Positions 58,722-64,000 of a DNA stretch of 64,000 nucleotides are shown piece by piece. The position numbers and the translations under genes are program-made. The notes under the pieces were generated by a model, which did no database searches, was not told the origin of the DNA, and saw only the letters and a list, made by a program, of their open reading frames with translations. The DNA comes from Candidatus Thalassarchaeum betae (lineage in GTDB: Archaea; Thermoplasmatota; Poseidoniia; Poseidoniales; Thalassarchaeaceae), in contig PSPG01000004.1 of assembly GCA_003193925.1 (NCBI GenBank), positions 32,001 to 96,000 on the forward strand, written 5' to 3'. Positions within the stretch are counted from its first letter, which is position 1; the number at the start of each line of letters is the position of its first letter.

Positions 58722-59702
58722 ATGAGGGCCTTCGTGACTGGGGGGTCAGGACATGTCGGTGGAAACCTCGTTCGTGAACTGATTTCACGTGGCTACGGAG
58801 TTAAATGCCTCGTTCGCAAGGACACTAGGGCTCTTGACGGATTAGATGTAGAACTGGTGCGAGGCGACCTGAACGATTCCAGCGCCATGGGGGCCCACAT
58901 GCAAGATGTCGACATGGTCTTCCACGCTGCAGCCTTCGTCGCGGTGGAGCGTGTGGACGAGGCACTGATGGAGCGCATCAACGTCGGAGGAACGCATGCC
59001 ATGTGCGAGGCCGCTCTTAGTGCAAGCGTCGGGAGGTTCATCCACTTCTCCAGCGTCCACGCTTTCAGTCAAATGCCCACAGATCGGCCTCTGACAGAAG
59101 ACAGGGCTCTCGTCAGTGATCCCGATGCCGCCCCATATGACCGGACTAAGGCCGCAGCACAACGAGTGGTGATGGGAGCATGCAACAGTGGATTGAATGC
59201 CAGCATCATCCACCCTACTGGCATAATCGGGCCTAATGACTGGAAGCCCAGCAGGATGGGTGCTGTAATCCAGGATATCGCCACTGGACAGATGCCGATC
59301 ATCCTGCGTACCGGATTCAATTGGGTGGATGTCCGAGACGTCTGCAGGACTGCTGTGAATTGCGTGGGGATGGGCAGAAAGGGCCAGAACTACCTCGCAC
59401 CTGGCTCATGGGGCTCGATGAAGGACATCTCGGATGCTGCCTCGGAGGTAGTGGGTAAGAAGATCACATACCTTCAGCTGCCTCTGTGGAGCGCCTATCT
59501 CGCACTGCCCTTCGCCGGAATCTCATCCGCTCTGACAGGTAACAGGTCGGGCCTTAACAAGGGCAGTTTACATGCACTTGATGTGCAATGCAGAGACATC
59601 CCGGGAGTCCTAGCCAAGGAAGAGCTGCGGCACACCTCTCGTCCGCTTGCAGAGACAGTCAGAGACACAATCCATTGGATGCGTTCGAACGACCGGCTGT
59701 AA
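58722..59702 (+). CDS. NAD-dependent epimerase/dehydratase (extended SDR, dihydroflavonol reductase/HpnA-like)
   Basis: TGGSGHVG, VFH.AA, SS, Y..TK and VDVRDV. Confidence 0.85.
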   Translation: MRAFVTGGSGHVGGNLVRELISRGYGVKCLVRKDTRALDGLDVELVRGDLNDSSAMGAHMQDVDMVFHAAAFVAVERVDEALMERINVGGTHAMCEAALSASVGRFIHFSSVHAFSQMPTDRPLTEDRALVSDPDAAPYDRTKAAAQRVVMGACNSGLNASIIHPTGIIGPNDWKPSRMGAVIQDIATGQMPIILRTGFNWVDVRDVCRTAVNCVGMGRKGQNYLAPGSWGSMKDISDAASEVVGKKITYLQLPLWSAYLALPFAGISSALTGNRSGLNKGSLHALDVQCRDIPGVLAKEELRHTSRPLAETVRDTIHWMRSNDRL

Positions 59703-59705
59703 GCA

Positions 59706-62186
59706 TCATTCGATACTGTGCATTCGTACCAGCGACTGCTTCATCATCGACAGCTCAGGTGGGATCTCGACACCGGATATGGGAGACTTGAGGGACAATC
59801 CGGAGTCCTTCTTGAGCTTCCAGATCATGGAGTTGAACTCGGAAATCCCCGGAGTGAGTGCTCTCAGAACATCAATGTCGTCATCCACTGCTCCCGGAGG
59901 CAAGCGGGGGAAGGAACGGACATCGACAGAGCTCTGGCTGTACAAGGTGTCTGATAGGTAGTGAGTAAAGAAAGGACATATCGGGGTCAATGCACTCAGT
60001 AGGTCTCGAACCACCCTGTGCAATGTCCACGCAGCCACGGCATCGTCATCATACAGCCTTGACTTGGTCATCTCCAACCAGTGGCTGGGGAAGATACCGG
60101 TGCCGAATCCCTTGATGGCCTGAGCCGCAGTATAGATGTCGATTCGCGACCACGCATCCTCGACGCGGGCCATCACGTGGTCGAACTCAGCGAGAATCCA
60201 GCGATCCTCGGGCGCCAAGTCCCGGGGAGGCTGTTCCAGGTCAGCAGGGACGTCGAACTGGCTGGCGAACCGTGCGACATTGAATATCTTTGTCAGGACT
60301 CCGAAGTACTTGGCCTCAATCTCCTCCGGATTGATATGGAAGTCATCACCCACCTGAGCGTCGCAAGCCTTCCACAGTCGGAAGCATTCGCTGCCGATCT
60401 TGCCAGCCCTCAGCTGCACCTGCTTACCGTCGGGGCCTTTGATGCTCCATGAGCCGGGCCTCCCACCTGCTCCACACTCCAGAACCGAATCAGCGTCAAT
60501 CCCATTGCCAAGCGACTTTGACATCTTGCGGCCCCAAGGATCCATCCCGAGCCCATCGATCCAGATGTTTTGGAAGGCCGGCTTGTCGAACAACAGAGCG
60601 CTCTTGAGCAGGGTGTAGTACAGCCACGTGCGGACTATATCCTTGCCCTGTGGTCTGATTGAAGTCGGGAATGCCCGCTCGAACAGTTCAGGGTCGCTGA
60701 TGTAGCCTGAGACGTAGAGATTCGAGTTGGAAGAGTCCATCCATGTGTCGAATACCCTCTCCTCCCCCTCCAACTCGCCCAAACTCGAAGAGAGATCGAC
60801 GAAGGAGCCCAGTATTTTACGGGTGTCGCGGTCAAGCACCTCGGAGTCCGGAGGGGGTGACTCGCGCCATGGCTGAACGTAGGAGCCGGAGGGGGGGACG
60901 ACGACTCTCGAGCCGTCTTCCGAATACCAGATTGGGACTTCGGTGTGGTACCATCTGCGACGGCTGATTGGCCAGTCGATCGAGATACCTTCCATCCAAT
61001 CATGGAGGAACTGGCGGTTCCTCTCGGGAATGAATACGCTCTGGTCCGAAAGTTTAGTGAGTCTATCGAGGATATGGGTCTGCCTGACATACCACTCCTT
61101 CAGCAGGATAATCTCGACGGGATTTCGCCCCCTCTCACTCACTGGAACCTCCTGCATGTGCTCCTCAGCAGCGACGAGTCGTTCGGAATCGCGGAGAATG
61201 TCGATGGCTGCTGCGCGGGCCTCCTCTGCGGGCATGCCTGCCAGAGGGCCGCCTACGGATGTCATCCGTCCCTCGAGGTCCACCGCGACGAATGGACGAA
61301 GAGCGAATTCACGGAACACAACGACATCATTCTGGTCTCCGAAGGAGCAGATCATCAGGACCCCACTGCCAAAATCCATCTTCACGGAGGGATGCGTGCG
61401 GATCTCGACGGTCGGGTCCCTGTCTGCCACGAGGATTGGCAAGTGAATTCGCTTGCCGATGAGATGCGAATACCTGTCGTCATCGGGATGGACCACTACC
61501 ACCCCACATGCGCAGATCATCTCGGGACGAGTGGTCGAGATTACGACATCCTCCCCATCCTCAGTGGTCCAGCGGACATCACATAGCAGAGTCTTACGGG
61601 TGATCCTCTGGACCTCGGCTTCTGCGATGGTGGTACCCTCTACTGGATCGTAGATGTTGGGCCTCAGGTCCTCGATGATATCGCCTCGCTTGAACAGGTC
61701 GACGAAGATGGACTGCGTGACAGCCCTGTAATCGGGAGCGTCTGTGAGGTACTCATTGTCGTAGTCACATGACAATCCGACTCGTTTAGCAGTGTCCCTC
61801 ATTGCCTGGGTATATGGCTCGATGGTTTCGGCGCACAGGTCAAGGAACTCTCCGCGTTCGTAGGTTCGCATCTTACGCCCGTACTTCTTCTCGACGGTGA
61901 ACTCGATGTTGATCCCGTTGCGATCCACCCCCCAAGGGAAACAGACTTCCTTGCCAAGCAGCCTCTGACTGCGAGCTATCACGTCGATCATGCTGTACTG
62001 AGCGACAGCCCCTATGTGCCATGTTCCGCTGGGATAAGGCGGTGGGGTGTCGATGATGAATATCTCACGCTCGCTCTTGGGGTCGAACGAATACCTCTTC
62101 GAGTATGATTCGTCGAAGAGACTCTCCTGGATCCTCTTCTCAAGGTCTATGTTCCATCTCTTCTCGGGGATTCTCGGAGCACTCAC
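59706..62186 (-). CDS. valS: Valine--tRNA ligase (archaeal type)
   Basis: IDTPPPYPSG.WHIG, TTRPE, W.ISR, DTWMDS, RPQG.DI.RTW and KMSKS. Confidence 0.93.
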   Translation of the reverse strand: MSAPRIPEKRWNIDLEKRIQESLFDESYSKRYSFDPKSEREIFIIDTPPPYPSGTWHIGAVAQYSMIDVIARSQRLLGKEVCFPWGVDRNGINIEFTVEKKYGRKMRTYERGEFLDLCAETIEPYTQAMRDTAKRVGLSCDYDNEYLTDAPDYRAVTQSIFVDLFKRGDIIEDLRPNIYDPVEGTTIAEAEVQRITRKTLLCDVRWTTEDGEDVVISTTRPEMICACGVVVVHPDDDRYSHLIGKRIHLPILVADRDPTVEIRTHPSVKMDFGSGVLMICSFGDQNDVVVFREFALRPFVAVDLEGRMTSVGGPLAGMPAEEARAAAIDILRDSERLVAAEEHMQEVPVSERGRNPVEIILLKEWYVRQTHILDRLTKLSDQSVFIPERNRQFLHDWMEGISIDWPISRRRWYHTEVPIWYSEDGSRVVVPPSGSYVQPWRESPPPDSEVLDRDTRKILGSFVDLSSSLGELEGEERVFDTWMDSSNSNLYVSGYISDPELFERAFPTSIRPQGKDIVRTWLYYTLLKSALLFDKPAFQNIWIDGLGMDPWGRKMSKSLGNGIDADSVLECGAGGRPGSWSIKGPDGKQVQLRAGKIGSECFRLWKACDAQVGDDFHINPEEIEAKYFGVLTKIFNVARFASQFDVPADLEQPPRDLAPEDRWILAEFDHVMARVEDAWSRIDIYTAAQAIKGFGTGIFPSHWLEMTKSRLYDDDAVAAWTLHRVVRDLLSALTPICPFFTHYLSDTLYSQSSVDVRSFPRLPPGAVDDDIDVLRALTPGISEFNSMIWKLKKDSGLSLKSPISGVEIPPELSMMKQSLVRMHSIE

Positions 62187-62339
62187 AGGACCACCTCACG
62201 TCTGACGCGGCCCCTCCTGAGTAACTCCATTCTTGACCATTCCCGCACCTGCAGGTCACCGTGATATCGAACGTGAGTCGAATTGCGATTGCGAGGGGTT
62301 GAAGTCCCGTCTTCTTACAGATTGGATTTGAGCGGTGCC

Positions 62340-64000
62340 ATGAGCGATAGCAAGGGCAAGGGTTTCGGCCCGAGAAACGTGGTACAACGGGCCAAGTCGG
62401 AGGCTGCCTCCAAAGTCGCTAGTGGAAAGAAAGCGATGGGGCAGATTGATGCTGATTTCGTCAAAGGAGCTGTCAGAAGGGCCCCCAACACCCTGCGCAG
62501 GGCCCTAGCGGACTCAACAGCGACTGGGATACTGACGAAAGTGCCTGTCGTGACGGTGGTGCTGTGCCTTCTTGTAACAGGCTTCTTCACCCTGCACTCG
62601 GGTATCTTTGACTGTCGAGAAGGCTTCGAGTACGAGTTCTGTAGCGAAGAGGCAGCATTGAACGTCAACGGAGACCTCGAGGTATACCTACCCCAAGGCT
62701 CCGATGTCAGCGTGATGATAGCCGTTGTCCAGGAGGACTGGACGACCAATGTCATGGTGATCTACGTCGAGTCGGAGGACACGAATGTCACCACGATCAA
62801 TATCCTGAATGAGATTGATGCAGTCGAGAGGGAGTTGAACTTCGTGCGCAATGACGATGGAGTCAATGACAACATCATCTACGTCCTGTCAATTTCCACT
62901 GTGATCAAGGAAGTGAACTCAAGTGCAGGCAGAGTGGCCAAGGCATTCTTCTCGGGACTGGCTGAGGCCACGGGGAACGAAGACCTCTCCGAGCAGTTCA
63001 ACGACACCATAGACGAGCAGGAGGACATCATCGGCAGTTACTCGATTCCCGAGGAGCAGGAGCGAGTCGACCGGATCCTCAGGGAGATGCCGCGGAACGC
63101 CCTAGACAAGCTGGTCAGGGATGTCGGCAAGGACCTGGACGGGGACGGGGACAAGGATGTCTTCCGCGTGAATTACTGGAACCGTGCAGTCATCATCATC
63201 GGGATCTCCGACAATCTGACAGGGGTCGAAGATATCTCGGAGTTGATTGAGGAAACTCAGAATACCATCAACCGTATCGCAGAAGCCAACAACTGGACAG
63301 AAGACAACCTGACGATGACCCTGACTGGGCCTGTTCCAATCACTAACGCAGTCACCGAGGAGTCGTTCAAACTGTTCTGGAAGGTGTTCCCCCTCGGCGT
63401 ACTTGCCGTCGCCATCGGCCTGTTCCTCTTCCATTGTGACCTGCTGCAGACTGGTCGGATTAGATTCGTCCAGGGACTGAAGGTGGTCATTATCGCGGGG
63501 CTTCCAACCTTATGTTCGGTATGGATCACACTGGGAATCATCGGTTTCACTGACTATGAGGTCACGATGACGGTCATCATCGTAGGGCCGATCATACTTG
63601 CCCTAGGGGTTTCCTATGGGCTCCACATTACCAATCGGTACGCCGAGTCAAAGGGGACGCCCAGAGAGAAGATGGCCATAGCTCTCAACTCGACGGGGCG
63701 AGCCGTCTTCCTCTCAGCAGTCACGACTATCATCGGCTTCATCTCACTGACCTTTACTCCAATGAAACCGATACAGACCGTGGGATGGTCTCTGGCCGGG
63801 GGCATAGTCGTGGTCTACATCATGACGATGGTCATGGTTCCCAATCTGACGATGATGCTCGACCTGAAGAAACCGTCTCACCCGGCCCCGAAGCTGTTCG
63901 TGCAAGCCGTGGGTGTCCCTTTGAAATGGACTCGCCTCACCTTGGTCCTATTCCTTGCAGCGATGCTGATGTCTGCAGGGATCTCCAGAGACAACGTCGA
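62340..64000 (+). CDS. MMPL/RND-family membrane transporter, 3'-truncated (absent from the ORF track)
   Basis: Open frame from ATG 62340 (MSDSKGKG...). TM1, a large acidic loop, LTG..PI, then TM helices with LALGVSYGLHI.NRY and G.AVFLSA.TT.IGF.SL. Confidence 0.85.
   Translation, partial: MSDSKGKGFGPRNVVQRAKSEAASKVASGKKAMGQIDADFVKGAVRRAPNTLRRALADSTATGILTKVPVVTVVLCLLVTGFFTLHSGIFDCREGFEYEFCSEEAALNVNGDLEVYLPQGSDVSVMIAVVQEDWTTNVMVIYVESEDTNVTTINILNEIDAVERELNFVRNDDGVNDNIIYVLSISTVIKEVNSSAGRVAKAFFSGLAEATGNEDLSEQFNDTIDEQEDIIGSYSIPEEQERVDRILREMPRNALDKLVRDVGKDLDGDGDKDVFRVNYWNRAVIIIGISDNLTGVEDISELIEETQNTINRIAEANNWTEDNLTMTLTGPVPITNAVTEESFKLFWKVFPLGVLAVAIGLFLFHCDLLQTGRIRFVQGLKVVIIAGLPTLCSVWITLGIIGFTDYEVTMTVIIVGPIILALGVSYGLHITNRYAESKGTPREKMAIALNSTGRAVFLSAVTTIIGFISLTFTPMKPIQTVGWSLAGGIVVVYIMTMVMVPNLTMMLDLKKPSHPAPKLFVQAVGVPLKWTRLTLVLFLAAMLMSAGISRDNV

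Noticed and set aside
62197-62241. 14-codon uORF upstream of valS as an attenuator
   Set aside because: It has only two Val codons and no terminator/antiterminator structure.
1-64000. CRISPR arrays, transposases, rRNA genes and the many short antisense ORFs in the track
   Set aside because: I saw no regularly spaced repeats, transposase motifs or rRNA signatures; the short ORFs are shadows of well-supported genes.

Overview
A gene-dense (about 70 CDS, 1 tRNA) core-genome segment of an archaeon. The gene content and protein style fit Thermoplasmatota, most likely Marine Group II/Poseidoniales; this is inferred, not database-verified. It holds translation genes (rps12-rps7-EF2; rps19e-rpl39e-rpl31e-rps17e; proS, metG, valS, kae1, tsr3, kptA, trmJ, alaX), plus PAN, aMBF1 and priS. 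Isoprenoid genes are an AMPD-like UbiD, IPK and a eukaryote-like type-1 IDI fused to GGPP synthase. Metabolic genes include futalosine menaquinone genes (mqnE, mqnA, mqnD), a folate-dependent histidine utilisation cluster, methylmalonyl-CoA mutase/epimerase and a YdeP/FdhD-IscA-YgfZ-SOD block. A tightly coupled RHH-folE-queE-queC-msrB-queD operon has a Cys-less QueC and a candidate operator. No CRISPR array, transposase, integrase or rRNA was seen. The most notable observations are: a candidate Xer/dif site in the only AT-rich spacer; seven convergent gene pairs abutting with exactly 0 bp, with a recurring TGAT(T/C)ACTCTTCTTC / EEE-stop motif; the regulated preQ0-MsrB operon; the IDI1-GGPPS fusion; and two real small genes missing from the ORF track. 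Many start codons were re-assigned by eye.
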